DNA of 64,000 nucleotides from Eubacteriales bacterium (GTDB lineage Bacteria; Bacillota; Clostridia; Oscillospirales; UBA644): NCBI GenBank assembly GCA_045542115.1, contig JAZQKK010000011.1, positions 15,190 to 79,189 of the forward strand, read 5' to 3'. Shown piece by piece: positions 45,937 to 56,829 of this stretch (position 1 is its first letter; each line of letters starts with the position of its first letter). The notes under the pieces were generated by a model. It saw only the letters and a program-made list of their open reading frames with translations, ran no database searches and was not told where the DNA came from. The position numbers and the translations under genes were made by a program.

Positions 45937-46148
45937 CCGTTTCTTTCTCTCAATTTTTTCGGAAGGAGAAGGGAAAATACAAGAACTCTACTCCCGGTAG
46001 AGAGGGGCGTAGAGTAGTTTTTTTGCAGTTCTACAAGGGGGTCGACGAAGGGGAGAGAACAAAACGAAAACGGTAGGTTGCATTTTGCCGTTGACGGGGA
46101 TATAATAATCCTGTCAAACACGCAACCCGCCGACGAAAGGATAATTTT

Positions 46149-46820
46149 ATGACACGAACGAAACTTTGCGACCGCATCTTGCCCGACTATACCCGGGGAG
46201 AAGAAATATTTAATATGGTCACCCACATCGTAGGGGGCGGCTTTGGAATCCTTGCCCTGGTATTGAGCGTTTTGGTCTCCGCCCTTCGGGGCGACCCCTG
46301 GGGCGTGGTGTCCTGCTCCATTTACGGGGGAACGATGGTGATACTATATACGATGTCCAGCGTTTACCACGGATTGAAAGCGGAATTGCCGAAAAAGGTA
46401 ATGCAGGTAATGGACCACTGCACCATCTATTTTCTTATTGCTGGAACCTACACGCCCATTCTGCTTTGCGGTATCCGTCCGGTATCTCCCTTTGCCGCCT
46501 GGGGACTGTTCTCCATCGTTTGGGGCTTTGCCGCCCTGGGAACGGTTTTCACCGCCATTGATTTGAAGAAATACGGAAAATTTGCGATGGTCTGCTATAT
46601 CGGAATGGGTTGGAGCGTGGTCCTGGCGGTCAAGCCCACCCTGCAAGCCATCCCGCTGCCGGGTCTTGCCTGGCTCTTGGCCGGAGGCATCGCCTACACG
46701 GTAGGCGCGGTTTTTTACGGCTTTGGACGAAAATGCCGGTATATCCATTCGGTGTTCCACATTTTCGTGGTGCTGGGCAGTATTTTGCAATATATTTGTA
46801 TTTTGTTTTACGTGATATGA
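46149..46820 (+). CDS. Hemolysin III / PAQR-family membrane protein
   Basis: Seven TM segments with NMVTHIVGG, SSVYH and HSVFHIFV motifs. Confidence 0.9.
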   Translation: MTRTKLCDRILPDYTRGEEIFNMVTHIVGGGFGILALVLSVLVSALRGDPWGVVSCSIYGGTMVILYTMSSVYHGLKAELPKKVMQVMDHCTIYFLIAGTYTPILLCGIRPVSPFAAWGLFSIVWGFAALGTVFTAIDLKKYGKFAMVCYIGMGWSVVLAVKPTLQAIPLPGLAWLLAGGIAYTVGAVFYGFGRKCRYIHSVFHIFVVLGSILQYICILFYVI

Positions 46821-46827
46821 GGTGTCT

Positions 46828-46914
46828 ATGAGATTTTTATACGTATTGTTCTGCCTGTTTGTCGGGACTTTTTACGGCGGGCAGATGATTTTCCGGAAAT
46901 TGCTGCGCAAATAA
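46828..46914 (+). CDS. Possible 28-aa hydrophobic micropeptide
   Basis: MRFLYVLFCLFVGTFYGGQMIFRKLLRK. GAGGTG lies 5 nt upstream and a terminator follows. There is no homology evidence. Confidence 0.3.
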   Translation: MRFLYVLFCLFVGTFYGGQMIFRKLLRK

Positions 46915-46920
46915 AAAATT

Positions 46921-46946
46921 CCCCGCCGTTCACGGCGGGGATTTCT
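46921..46946. terminator. Bidirectional terminator hairpin
   Basis: CCCCGCCG-TTCA-CGGCGGGG followed by a T-rich run. Confidence 0.7.
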
Positions 46947-47876
46947 TTATTTTTTATTTTTTTCTTTGGCCCGTTTATCGTTGATGATTTTCATATGTTC
47001 TTCGGTGATGAGGTCTACGTTGTTTTCCCGGGCCCAGTCCACGCAGCCTTTCAGTACCAGGGGAAGGAATACCCGGGGTACGGCGAGGACGGTCATCAAC
47101 GCTTCGTCGGTGAATTTGATTTTGTCGTCCACCCGGTCGGCGGCGTAACGGACGGATTCCAAGGATGCCTGACGCATCTGCAACAGTTCTGCCCGCATTC
47201 GGGTTTTGCGGTGGAACCAGAAATTTTTGCTGTCCCGGTATCCGTAGTCCACGGGAAGATTGGGAAAGTCTTTGGCTTTTACGCCGTTGATGATGGCGTC
47301 CCGGTATTTTTTCTTCATCAGAATTTTATCTATCTTCAAGATGAAGTGTGCACCGAATTTGCTGGTAATTCCGTTGAAGTCGTGGTAGGGGCCGTCGTAG
47401 CCGTTCAACTGACCGGGAAGGTCGTTTTCTGCCCCGTCCAGTTCCCGGACCCAGGTACATTCGATGACTTGCATCGCCTCCGACAACACCAACGGGCGAG
47501 GGTCTTCGGGACGTTCTTCTTGCAGCAGGCTTTGTTCCAGTTTGAAGTTGCATTTCGGCATTTTTTCTTCCGGCTTATCTCCGGGCCAGGACAGTTTGAC
47601 CGCCTCTTTGAAATATTTGGGCTCGTCGGTGATAAAATTCAGGGCGCATTTGCCGTTGCGCAAAATATTCTGTGCGGTATTGGAAGAGTTGCGGCAGCAA
47701 AGAAGCATCGCGTAATAGTCTTTCCCCGCCACGTAATAGGGTTGCACCAAAGAATAGGGCCCAAGATTGGTGCTCCCGTCCTCACACAGGGTGCTGATAA
47801 TTACGGTAGGCATCGGAAAGAACAACGACGTCTGATAAAAGTTGTCCACGATGCGAAGATTTTCAAAACTGCTCAT
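46947..47876 (-). CDS. Flavin-reductase-like (split-barrel FMN-binding) domain protein with a C-terminal extension
   Basis: N-terminus FPMPTVIISTLCEDGSTNLGPYSL..., typical of the flavin reductase-like fold. The function is unknown. Confidence 0.5.
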   Translation of the reverse strand: MSSFENLRIVDNFYQTSLFFPMPTVIISTLCEDGSTNLGPYSLVQPYYVAGKDYYAMLLCCRNSSNTAQNILRNGKCALNFITDEPKYFKEAVKLSWPGDKPEEKMPKCNFKLEQSLLQEERPEDPRPLVLSEAMQVIECTWVRELDGAENDLPGQLNGYDGPYHDFNGITSKFGAHFILKIDKILMKKKYRDAIINGVKAKDFPNLPVDYGYRDSKNFWFHRKTRMRAELLQMRQASLESVRYAADRVDDKIKFTDEALMTVLAVPRVFLPLVLKGCVDWARENNVDLITEEHMKIINDKRAKEKNKK

Positions 47877-47902
47877 AAAAAACTCCTTTCGGGGATAAAA
47901 AA

Positions 47903-48274
47903 ATTTTCTTCTTTATTATGTAAACATTTCTGTAAGCCGGGTTCTGTGTTATGCGATCATCTATCTCGAATATGCGTTACCGCATATTTCCAGCTGCCTC
48001 TGTACCCCGGACGGGAGACCTGTGGGGTCACATCACGGCATTGCTCCGGATAAGGTTTACACAGCGAGAGACGTTGCCGCCCCTCCGGTGAGCTCTTACC
48101 TCGCCTTTTCACCCTTACCTTGCGGCGGTTGTTTTCTGTTGCACTATCTCGGAAGTCACCTTCGGCGGACGTTATCCGTTATCCTTTCCCGTGGGAGCCC
48201 GGACTTTCCTCAGACATCGCCTTTCGTTTGATGCCCGCGATCGCTCAAAATGTTTACATAATAAAGAAGAAAAT
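47903..48274 (-). ncRNA. rnpB: RNase P RNA, bacterial type A, including flanking 27-bp stem arms (conserved core about 47930-48247)
   Basis: The minus strand contains GAGGAAAGTCCGGGCTCC, AGTGCAACAGAAAACAACCGCC, AGGTAAGGGTGAAAAGGCGAGGTAAGAGCTCACC, CCGGAGCAA and ACAGAACCCGGCTTA in the E. coli M1 order. Confidence 0.9.
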
Positions 48275-48296
48275 GGGTTTTCTGTTTCTGGGTGGT

Positions 48297-48599
48297 TCAA
48301 TCGTCAAAGGGATGATTGGGATTCCAGGTCTTTTTTTGTTCGGGGCGTTCTTTCCCGGTGCGGATGCGGTGTTCTTTGATTTTTCCTTTGACCCAGTTTT
48401 TCAGATTGGGAAGGCAGAGAAGAATCCCCACGGCAAAGAAGAGCGGCCCCACGAAAATCAACACGGGAAGGTCGACTTTGACCCCCATCACGATCAGAAC
48501 CACCATCAAAATAAAGGTGAAGGAAAGCACCATCACCGTGCCCGGGGTGATCTCCGCTCCGTGCAGGTCCTGGTTGGGTAATTTGGCCACTAAAAACAC
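48297..48599 (-). CDS. Small two-TM membrane protein of unknown function
   Basis: 100 aa with two hydrophobic segments and a basic C-terminal tail. It ends 22 nt upstream of the rnpB stem. Confidence 0.45.
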   Translation of the reverse strand: MFLVAKLPNQDLHGAEITPGTVMVLSFTFILMVVLIVMGVKVDLPVLIFVGPLFFAVGILLCLPNLKNWVKGKIKEHRIRTGKERPEQKKTWNPNHPFDD

Positions 48600-48721
48600 T
48601 CCTTTTTGAGGGCAAAATCTTCGCTTTTGTTCACAACGCAGATTTTATACGGTAAAAATCCCCTAGAAATCAGCATTATTCACAAAAATCAGTTTTTTGT
48701 GCAAAAAATCGTCCCAAGTCC

Positions 48722-48750
48722 TTGACAAACCCTTGAACTTGTGATAAAAT
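48722..48750 (+). promoter_or_regulatory. sigma-70-type promoter upstream of rpoB
   Basis: TTGACA, 17-bp spacer, TGaTAAAAT extended -10. Confidence 0.55.
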
Positions 48751-48956
48751 TGTATATTGCCATAATAGGATAATGGGAGTATGCCCTCTTTTGGGCAGGC
48801 ATTTCGGAAAAATCTGTCAACGGTGCGGTTTTTTCTGAAAAAAGCCTCCTGTTGACGCCGGCACACACAACGGCGAACCGGTTTTTACCGGAGCCTATTA
48901 TAGCACAAAAACGAGAAAAAATCAAGAGTCAAAATTCTGGAATGGAGATGAAGTTG

Positions 48957-51900
48957 ATGTTGGACCCCAAAGAAGTCGGCGCTTTTTACGAAAACTTCGG
49001 AAAAAGTGAACGCGTAAACTTCGGCAAGCCCAGTCAGAAGTACGAACTTCCCAACCTGATCAACGTCCAGCTGGATTCCTACCGCTGGTTCGTGGAAGAG
49101 GGGATGAAGTCGGTCCTGAAAGATTCGTCGAATATTATTGACCACACCGGTGTGATCCGTTTGGATTATGTGGACTATAAAATCGACGAGAAGCCCAAAT
49201 ATCCCGTAGAAGAATGCCGGGAGCGGGACGTTACCTTTGCCGCCCCCCTGCACGTCACCTGCCGTCTGACCAACAATCAGACCGGTGAAATTCAGGAACA
49301 GAGCATTTTCTTCGGTGATTTCCCCCTGATGACCGAAACCGGTACCTTCGTCATCAACGGTGCAGAACGCGTCGTGGTCTCTCAGTTGGTCCGCTCTCCC
49401 GGGATCTATTATACCTTGGAGACCGATAAGATCGGCCACAAGCTGTTCGCCGGTACCGTGATGCCCAACCGCGGTCCCTGGGTGGAATACGAGACCGACG
49501 CCAATAACGTGCTTTACGTTCGCGTGGATAAGGGTAAGAAATTCCCCGTTACCACGCTGATTCGTGCTTTCGGGATTGAAACCGATGCACAAATCAAGGA
49601 GACCTTCGGGGAAGACGCCAGCATTCTGGCGACGCTGGACAAGGACGTTTCTCACAACCGTGCCACGGCCCTTGTGGAACTGTACAAGAAGCTTCGTCCC
49701 GGCGAACCTGCCACCGTGGAATCCGCTATTTCCCACATCGACAATCTCTTTTTCAATGAACGTACCTACGACCTGACCCGTGTCGGTCGCTACAAATATA
49801 ATAAAAAGGTGGCTCTCTCCGGCCGTATCGTCGGACACGAGCTGTCCCGTCCCGTGGTGGCTCCTCTCACCGGCGAAGTCATCGGGGATATCGGAACCGT
49901 GGTATCTTCCGCTCTTGCCAAAGAAATGGAAGCTGCCGGGGTCTGTGAAGTTTACCTGAAATTGGCCGACGAGACCGAACTTCGGGTCTTCTCCAACGGA
50001 ATGGTTGATATGAAGAATTTCGTTTCCTTCGACCCGTTGAAGGCCGGGGTAAACGAATGGGTCAAATTCTCCGTTCTCCAAGAAATTTTGGAAAAATGCG
50101 GCGACGACGAAGCGGCACTCGTGGAAGAATGCCGTGCCCGTCTGCCCGAATTGATTCCTTTGACCATCTGTAACGAAGATATCTTCGCTTCGGTGAACTA
50201 TTTCATCGGCTTGCAGCACGGTGTTGGCTCCATTGACGATATCGACCATCTGGGCAACCGTCGTATTCGTTCCGTGGGCGAACTGTTGCAGAATCAAATG
50301 CGAATCGGCTTTGCCCGTATGGAACGCTCCGTCCGGGAAAAGATGAATATGCAGAATACCGAAGTGGTCACGCCTCAGAATCTGTTGAACACCCGTCCGG
50401 TCTCCGCCGCGATTCGGGAATTCTTCGGTTCTTCTCCCCTGTCTCAATTTATGGACCAGACCAACCCCTTGGCGGAACTGACCCATAAACGCCGTCTGTC
50501 GGCCCTGGGCCCCGGCGGTTTGACCCGTGACCGGGCCGGGATGGAAGTCCGCGACGTGCACTACACCCACTACGGCCGTATGTGCCCCGTGGAAACCCCC
50601 GAAGGACCCAACATCGGTCTGATCTCTTACCTGTCTACCTATGCCCGTATCAACGAATACGGCTTTATCGAAGCTCCCTACCGTCCCGTGGACAAAGAAA
50701 CCGGCATCGTTCAGGAAGAAGTGGTCTATATGACCGCTGACTTCGAAGACGGTTTCATCGTGGCTCAGGCTAACGAACCCCTGGACGAAGAAGGCCGCTT
50801 TGTCAACAAGCGGGTTGCCGCCCGTCTGAGAGACGCCATTCTGGAAGTGGAACGGGAACGGGTCGACTATATGGACGTCACCCCCCGGATGCTGGTCTCC
50901 ATCGCTACGGCGATGATCCCCTTCCTGGAACACGACGACGCCGTCCGTGCCTTGATGGGTGCGAACATGCAGCGTCAGGCCGTTCCTCTGATTCGCACCG
51001 AAGCTCCCTTCGTCGGTACCGGTATGGAACATCGGGCTGCCGTGGACTCCGGCGTTTGTATCGTTGCCCGTCAGTCCGGTGTAGTCACCAAGGTTGACGC
51101 CGACGAAATTTATATCCTGGGCGACGACGGAATTTCCCACCGCTACCCCACTGTGAAGTACCTTCGCTCCAACCACGGGACCTGTTTCAATCAGCGGGCC
51201 ATCGTCAACGTGGGCGACCGGATCGAAGCCGGCGACGTGATTGCCGACGGTCCTTCTACCCAGAACGGAGAATTGGCGTTGGGCCGGAATATGCTCATCG
51301 GCTTTATGACCTGGGAAGGTTACAACTACGAAGACGCCGTCCTTTTGAACGAACGTCTCGTGAAGGAAGATATCTATACTTCCATTCATATTGAAGAATA
51401 CGAAATCGACGCCAAAGAAACCAAACTCGGGCCCGAAGAAATCACCGCGGACATTCCCGGCGTTTCCAAAGACCTGTTGGCGGACCTGGACGAACGGGGT
51501 ATCATCCGCATCGGTGCGGAAGTGCACTCCGGAGATATCCTGGTCGGTCGCGTTTCTCCCAAGGGCGATGCGGAACAGACCGCGGAAGAACGCCTGCTCC
51601 GTGCCATCTTCGGCGAAAAGTCCAGAGAAGTCCGGGATACCTCTTTGAAGGTTCCTCACGGAGAATACGGCACGGTCGTTGACGTCAAAGTATTTACCCG
51701 GGAAAATTCCAACGAACTTTCTCCCTCCACCAATATGGTGGTCCGGGTGTATATCGCACAGCGCCGTAAGATCAGCGTGGGCGATAAGATGGCCGGCCGC
51801 CACGGTAACAAGGGTGTTATCTCCCGGATTCTGCCGGAAGAAGATATGCCTTACCTGCCCGACGGCACGCCGCTGGATATCGTGCTCAACCCCCTGGGCG

Positions 51901-52715
51901 TTCCTTCCCGTATGAACATCGGCCAGGTGTTGGAAGTCCATCTCGGTATGGCCGCCCGGAAATTGGGTTGGAAGGTAATGACTCCCGTATTCGACGGTAT
52001 TTCCGAAGAAGATATTGTAAAGTGTCTGGATAAAGCCGGATACAACCACGACGGGAAGACCGTTCTTTACGACGGCCGTACCGGTCAGCCTTTCGAAGGC
52101 AACGTCACCGTTGGCGTAATGTATTATCTGAAACTGGCTCACCTGGTTGACGATAAGATTCACGCCCGTTCCACAGGTCCCTACTCTCTGGTTACCCAGC
52201 AGCCTCTGGGCGGGAAAGCTCAGTTCGGCGGTCAGCGGTTCGGGGAAATGGAAGTTTGGGCTCTGGAAGCCTACGGTGCCGCTTACACCCTGCAAGAAAT
52301 GCTCACCGTCAAGTCCGACGATACCGTGGGCCGCGTGAAGACCTTCGAATCCATCGTCAAGGGATACAACATTCCCAAGCCCGGTATTCCCGAATCCTTC
52401 AAGGTTCTGGTCAAAGAACTGCAAGCTCTGTGTCTGGACGTGAAGATTCTTGCCAAGGACGGGGAAGAAGTGGATATTACCACCAACTACGACGAGGATA
52501 TGGTAGACGCCCGGATGGCTCTGCCCACCCCCGACGACCTGCCCGCCACCGGCACGAACACCGGCAACTATTTCAGTGAGTTTGAAGATGAATTCAGCAA
52601 CTCCGACGATTCCTTCCTGGACACCCTGGACGTTCCGGAATTGGACGGCGTTGCAGAAGATGAAACCCTCTACGACGGAACCGTTTCCGGCGAAGATGGG
52701 GAAATTCAAGAATAA
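48957..52715 (+). CDS. rpoB: DNA-directed RNA polymerase subunit beta
   Basis: Start MLDPKEV after GGAG, with an alternative ATG at 48942. It carries all conserved beta-subunit blocks and a long acidic C-terminal tail. Confidence 0.97.
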   Translation: MLDPKEVGAFYENFGKSERVNFGKPSQKYELPNLINVQLDSYRWFVEEGMKSVLKDSSNIIDHTGVIRLDYVDYKIDEKPKYPVEECRERDVTFAAPLHVTCRLTNNQTGEIQEQSIFFGDFPLMTETGTFVINGAERVVVSQLVRSPGIYYTLETDKIGHKLFAGTVMPNRGPWVEYETDANNVLYVRVDKGKKFPVTTLIRAFGIETDAQIKETFGEDASILATLDKDVSHNRATALVELYKKLRPGEPATVESAISHIDNLFFNERTYDLTRVGRYKYNKKVALSGRIVGHELSRPVVAPLTGEVIGDIGTVVSSALAKEMEAAGVCEVYLKLADETELRVFSNGMVDMKNFVSFDPLKAGVNEWVKFSVLQEILEKCGDDEAALVEECRARLPELIPLTICNEDIFASVNYFIGLQHGVGSIDDIDHLGNRRIRSVGELLQNQMRIGFARMERSVREKMNMQNTEVVTPQNLLNTRPVSAAIREFFGSSPLSQFMDQTNPLAELTHKRRLSALGPGGLTRDRAGMEVRDVHYTHYGRMCPVETPEGPNIGLISYLSTYARINEYGFIEAPYRPVDKETGIVQEEVVYMTADFEDGFIVAQANEPLDEEGRFVNKRVAARLRDAILEVERERVDYMDVTPRMLVSIATAMIPFLEHDDAVRALMGANMQRQAVPLIRTEAPFVGTGMEHRAAVDSGVCIVARQSGVVTKVDADEIYILGDDGISHRYPTVKYLRSNHGTCFNQRAIVNVGDRIEAGDVIADGPSTQNGELALGRNMLIGFMTWEGYNYEDAVLLNERLVKEDIYTSIHIEEYEIDAKETKLGPEEITADIPGVSKDLLADLDERGIIRIGAEVHSGDILVGRVSPKGDAEQTAEERLLRAIFGEKSREVRDTSLKVPHGEYGTVVDVKVFTRENSNELSPSTNMVVRVYIAQRRKISVGDKMAGRHGNKGVISRILPEEDMPYLPDGTPLDIVLNPLGVPSRMNIGQVLEVHLGMAARKLGWKVMTPVFDGISEEDIVKCLDKAGYNHDGKTVLYDGRTGQPFEGNVTVGVMYYLKLAHLVDDKIHARSTGPYSLVTQQPLGGKAQFGGQRFGEMEVWALEAYGAAYTLQEMLTVKSDDTVGRVKTFESIVKGYNIPKPGIPESFKVLVKELQALCLDVKILAKDGEEVDITTNYDEDMVDARMALPTPDDLPATGTNTGNYFSEFEDEFSNSDDSFLDTLDVPELDGVAEDETLYDGTVSGEDGEIQE

Positions 52716-52730
52716 GGAGGACGGAACAGT

Positions 52731-55700
52731 ATGAACGAATTTGAATCGATGCACGAAATTCTCGACCTGGATGAACTGACCAACGTTTCCGCTCCTGAGA
52801 CCGATCTTCTGGCGCAAGTGACCGAAGACGCCGGCCATCCCCGTCCCCACGACCCCAACAATGAGAGCGATTTCAGTGCAATTAAAATTGCCCTTGCTTC
52901 TCCCGAAAAGATTCGTTCCTGGTCTCACGGGGAAGTAAAGAAACCCGAAACCATCAACTACCGCACCCTCAAACCCGAACGGGAAGGTCTGTTCTGCGAA
53001 CGCATCTTCGGGCCTATGAAGGACTGGGAATGTCACTGCGGTAAGTATAAGCGTTTCCGTTATAAAGGAAAAGTCTGTGAACGCTGCGGCGTTGAAATCA
53101 CCCGGGCAAAAGTCCGCCGGGAACGGATGGGTCATATCGAATTGGCCTCTCCCGTTTCCCACATCTGGTATTTCAAAGGGATTCCTTCCCGCATCGGTCA
53201 GATGCTGGACATCCAGCCCAAGCAGTTGGAACAGGTCCTGTATTTCGGTGCTTACATCGTAACCGACGTCAACGAAAAGGTCGTCAACGGTGCGGTGAAG
53301 AAAAAGGATATCCTGACCGAAAAGGAATACGCCGAACTGAAAGAAATGTACTACGGCGAAAACGACTTCGTTGCCGATATGGGTGCCGAAGCCGTGAAGA
53401 AGCTGTTGGCGGAAATCGACCTGGACGTTTTGTCCGATGAGATTCGCAACGAATTGGAAGACGCCACCGGCCAAAAGCGGCTGAAATTGGTCAAGCGTTT
53501 GGAAATCGTGGAAGCTTTTCGTCTTTCCGGCAACCGTCCCGAATGGATGATTCTCGACGTACTTCCCGTATGTCCCCCGGACATCCGCCCGATGGTCCAG
53601 CTGGACGGCGGCCGATTCGCCACCTCCGACCTGAACGACCTGTATCGCCGGGTCATCAACCGGAACAACCGTCTGCGGAAGCTGATTGAACTGAACGCTC
53701 CCCAGATTATTATCCGCAACGAAAAGCGGATGCTACAAGAAGCGGTGGACGCGTTGATTGACAACGGCCGCCGGGGCAAACCCGTCAACGGACCCAAAGA
53801 CCGGGCGTTGAAGTCTCTGTCCGACGTTTTGAAGGGGAAACAGGGTCGTTTCCGTCAGAATCTGTTGGGAAAACGTGTCGACTATTCCGGCCGTTCGGTT
53901 ATCGTTGTCGGCCCCGAACTGAAACTGTATCAGTGCGGTCTGCCCAAAGAAATGGCTCTGGAACTGTTCAAGCCCTTCGTGATGAAGCGTTTGACCGAGT
54001 TGGGCGTGGTCAACAACATCAAATCCGCAAAGAAGGCCGTGGAACGGAGCGAAACCGCCGTTTGGGACGCTCTGGAAACGGTCATCAAAGAATATCCCGT
54101 AATGCTCAACCGTGCTCCCACCCTGCACCGTCTGGGTATCCAGGCTTTTGAACCCGTGCTGGTGGAAGGCCGTGCTTTGAAATTGCACCCCCTGGTATGT
54201 ACCGCATTTAACGCCGACTTCGACGGTGACCAGATGGCAGTTCACGTACCTCTGTCCGCGGAAGCTCAGGCGGAAGCCCGCTTCCTGATGCTCTCTGCCA
54301 ATAACCTGCTCCGTCCTCAGGACGGGAACCCCGTTACCGTTCCCACCCAGGATATGATTCTCGGTTCGTATTATCTGACCATTGTGGACGAAAACGAACT
54401 GGGTGCAGGCAAGTGCTTCGTCAACGCCGAAGAAGCCCGCCGGGCCTACGATGCCGGCGCCATCCAACTTCACGCTCCCATTAAAGTCCGCGTGACCAAG
54501 GAAATCAACGGCGAAGTCCGGACCGGACTGATTGACTGCACGATGGGGCAGCTGCTCTTCAACGAAACCATTCCTCAGGACCTGCGTTTCGTGGACCGCA
54601 ACGACCCCGAACACGCCCTGGATTTGGAAGTTACTTTCCTTGTCACCAAGAAAGAATTGGGCAAAATCATCAATCGTTGTATCCGTGTTCACGGCATTAC
54701 CGAAACGGCCGTGGTTCTGGATAACATTAAGGCATACGGCTACAAGTACTCCACCGTGGGCGCCATCACCATTTCCGTTGCGGATATGAAAGTGCCCCCC
54801 GCCAAGTACGAATTGGTTGCCGAAGCCGACAAGACCGTTGAAGGAATCACCCGGAACTTCAAGCGCGGCTTGATTTCCGAAGACGAACGGTACGAACAAG
54901 TGGTCTCCGTGTGGAGTGAAACCACCGCCAAGGTTACGGAAGTTCTCTCCGGCTACCTTGACAAATTCAACCCCGTCAAAATGATGCAGCACTCCGGTGC
55001 CCGCGGTAACATTGACCAGATTAAACAGCTGTGCGGTATGCGTGGTCTGATGGCCAATACCTCCGGTAAGACCATTGACATTCCTATCCGCGCCAACTTC
55101 CGTGAAGGTCTGAACGTTCTGGACTACTTTATTTCTTCCAGAGGTGCCCGTAAGGGTCAGGCCGACACCGCTCTGAAAACCGCCGACTCCGGGTACTTGA
55201 CCCGCCGTCTGGTAGACGTTTCCCAGGATATCATCATCCGGGAAGACGACTGTGGTTCCGACGAAGGTATCTGGGTTACCGAAATCGCCGAAGGCGATGA
55301 ACGTATCGAATCCTTGCAGTCCCGTTTGATGGGCCGTTTCCCCGTGGACGACATCGTCCATCCCGAAACCGGCGAAGTCATCGTCTCCAAGGACCGCTAT
55401 ATCAACGAATTCGACGCCGAAGCCATCGTGAAGGCCGGCATTACGAAGGTAAAGCTCCGCTCCGTTCTCACCTGTAACTGCCGTTACGGGGTCTGTGCGA
55501 AGTGCTACGGAATGAACCTTGCCACCAGTGACGTAGTCAACGTCGGGGAAGCGGTCGGTATTATCGCCGCTCAGTCCATCGGGGAACCCGGTACCCAGTT
55601 GACGATGCGTACCTTCCATACCGGTGGTGTTGCTTCTACCGCAGATATTACCCAAGGTCTTCCCCGCGTTCAGGAACTGTTTGAAGCCCGTCATCCCAAG

Positions 55701-56399
55701 GTTTTGGCGATTCTGTCCGAAATCGATGGGGAACTGCGCTTCCAGGAAATCCGCAACGCTCGGTACGCCATCATTATGAATGCCGAAACCGGCGAAGAAC
55801 GTTCCTATCTTATTCCTTACGGCTCCACCCTCCGGTTCCACGAAGGGGACTTCGTCCACAAGGGCGACGAGCTGACCCGCGGTGCTTCTGACCCTCAGGA
55901 TATTCTGAGAGTCAAGGGCGAAGACGCGGTCCGGGAATATATCATCCAGGAAATTCAGAAGGTTTACAAACGCCAGGGTGTTGATATCAGCGATAAGCAC
56001 ATTGAAGTCATCGTCCGTCAGATGCTCCGGAAGGTCCGCGTCCTTGACGCCGGCGATACCGGACTTCTCACCGGCTCCGTGGTAGACCGTCCCGAAGTAT
56101 TCCACCTCAACCTGGAAATTGCCAAGCGCAATGAAGCCGAAGGCCTCGACTTGAAGCCCGCAACGGTGGAAACGGTTCTTCTCGGTATCACCAAGTCCGC
56201 CTTGGCTACCGAATCCTTCCTGTCCGCCGCTTCCTTCCAGGAAACCACCAAGATTCTGACCGAAGCCGCCATCAAGGGTAAGACCGACCACTTGATTGGC
56301 TTGAAGGAAAACGTTATCATCGGTAAACTCATTCCCGCCGGTACCGGCCTGGAACGTTACCGCAACGTTAACGTGGAAGAAAAAGAAGATATCATCTGA
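52731..56399 (+). CDS. rpoC: DNA-directed RNA polymerase subunit beta'
   Basis: Zn-finger [20 protein letters not shown] and the catalytic motif NADFDGDQM. Confidence 0.98.
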   Translation: MNEFESMHEILDLDELTNVSAPETDLLAQVTEDAGHPRPHDPNNESDFSAIKIALASPEKIRSWSHGEVKKPETINYRTLKPEREGLFCERIFGPMKDWECHCGKYKRFRYKGKVCERCGVEITRAKVRRERMGHIELASPVSHIWYFKGIPSRIGQMLDIQPKQLEQVLYFGAYIVTDVNEKVVNGAVKKKDILTEKEYAELKEMYYGENDFVADMGAEAVKKLLAEIDLDVLSDEIRNELEDATGQKRLKLVKRLEIVEAFRLSGNRPEWMILDVLPVCPPDIRPMVQLDGGRFATSDLNDLYRRVINRNNRLRKLIELNAPQIIIRNEKRMLQEAVDALIDNGRRGKPVNGPKDRALKSLSDVLKGKQGRFRQNLLGKRVDYSGRSVIVVGPELKLYQCGLPKEMALELFKPFVMKRLTELGVVNNIKSAKKAVERSETAVWDALETVIKEYPVMLNRAPTLHRLGIQAFEPVLVEGRALKLHPLVCTAFNADFDGDQMAVHVPLSAEAQAEARFLMLSANNLLRPQDGNPVTVPTQDMILGSYYLTIVDENELGAGKCFVNAEEARRAYDAGAIQLHAPIKVRVTKEINGEVRTGLIDCTMGQLLFNETIPQDLRFVDRNDPEHALDLEVTFLVTKKELGKIINRCIRVHGITETAVVLDNIKAYGYKYSTVGAITISVADMKVPPAKYELVAEADKTVEGITRNFKRGLISEDERYEQVVSVWSETTAKVTEVLSGYLDKFNPVKMMQHSGARGNIDQIKQLCGMRGLMANTSGKTIDIPIRANFREGLNVLDYFISSRGARKGQADTALKTADSGYLTRRLVDVSQDIIIREDDCGSDEGIWVTEIAEGDERIESLQSRLMGRFPVDDIVHPETGEVIVSKDRYINEFDAEAIVKAGITKVKLRSVLTCNCRYGVCAKCYGMNLATSDVVNVGEAVGIIAAQSIGEPGTQLTMRTFHTGGVASTADITQGLPRVQELFEARHPKVLAILSEIDGELRFQEIRNARYAIIMNAETGEERSYLIPYGSTLRFHEGDFVHKGDELTRGASDPQDILRVKGEDAVREYIIQEIQKVYKRQGVDISDKHIEVIVRQMLRKVRVLDAGDTGLLTGSVVDRPEVFHLNLEIAKRNEAEGLDLKPATVETVLLGITKSALATESFLSAASFQETTKILTEAAIKGKTDHLIGLKENVIIGKLIPAGTGLERYRNVNVEEKEDII

Positions 56400-56406
56400 T
56401 AAAAAA

Positions 56407-56437
56407 ATCCTCTCCGTGAAAACGGGGAGGATTTTTT
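56407..56437 (+). terminator. Rho-independent terminator after rpoC
   Basis: ATCCTCTCCG-TGAAAA-CGGGGAGGAT followed by TTTTTT. Confidence 0.85.
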
Positions 56438-56450
56438 ATGAGAATACGGG

Positions 56451-56540
56451 AGGGGGTGTTCTTCTTTCTTTTCGGGAGAAAAGAAAGAAGAACCAAGAAC
56501 GAAAAGCCAAAGCCGGCGAAGTGCTTCGCCGGGAATTTAT
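56451..56540 (+). repeat. Palindromic intergenic element, copy D
   Basis: GGGGGTGTTCTTCTTTCTTTTCGGGAGAAAAGAAAGAAGAACCAAGAACGAAAAGCCAAAGCCGGCGAAGTGCTTCGCCGGG. It aligns along its length with copy C. Confidence 0.75.
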
Positions 56541-56607
56541 GGCGAGGTAAGTTTCTTTTTATTGAGAATGCACGAAAATATAGAAATTTTTTTGTAAGGA
56601 ATATTAA

Positions 56608-56637
56608 TTGACAAAAGGCTATTACGTATAGTATAAT
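56608..56637 (+). promoter_or_regulatory. sigma-70-type promoter at the start of the AT-rich insert
   Basis: TTGACA, 18-bp spacer, TATAAT. Confidence 0.6.
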
Positions 56638-56670
56638 AAAAATAGAAAAATGAAGAAAGGTGTGATGGCA

Positions 56671-56745
56671 ATGAAACGTATTTTGTTAAAGTATGGCTCA
56701 GTGCAAACATCTTTTTGTGTTGTTCCGTTTGGATCAATCGAATAA
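56671..56745 (+). CDS. Possible 24-aa leader/micropeptide (31 aa if started at 56650)
   Basis: MKRILLKYGSVQTSFCVVPFGSIE. AAAGGTG lies 8 nt upstream. It sits between the promoter and a terminator that precedes the peptidase gene. Confidence 0.3.
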   Translation: MKRILLKYGSVQTSFCVVPFGSIE

Positions 56746-56757
56746 AAACAATTCATT

Positions 56758-56796
56758 AAAGCACGTGAGCCGGGGAGTTGGTTCACGTGCTTTTTG
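56758..56796 (+). terminator. Rho-independent terminator/attenuator 34 nt upstream of the peptidase start
   Basis: GCACGTGAGC...GTTCACGTGC stem (9 of 10 bp) followed by TTTTT. Confidence 0.7.
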
Positions 56797-56829
56797 ATTT
56801 TAACACGAATAACGCAGGGAGATACTGAT

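Noticed and set aside
43783-46017. A 744-aa plus-strand ORF opposite the enoate-reductase gene.
   Set aside because: The minus-strand product has clear OYE/Fe-S/FAD motifs, an RBS and a promoter. The plus-strand translation is featureless. I treat it as a shadow ORF.
48885-53474. A 1529-aa stop-free ORF antisense to all of rpoB and the start of rpoC. Similar ORFs occur at 53733-56291, antisense to rpoC.
   Set aside because: It lies exactly opposite unambiguous, universally conserved genes. Its translation is low-complexity (G/V/F/H/D-rich) with no recognisable motif. Long antisense open frames are expected where the sense gene avoids TTA/CTA/TCA codons. I treat it as a shadow ORF.
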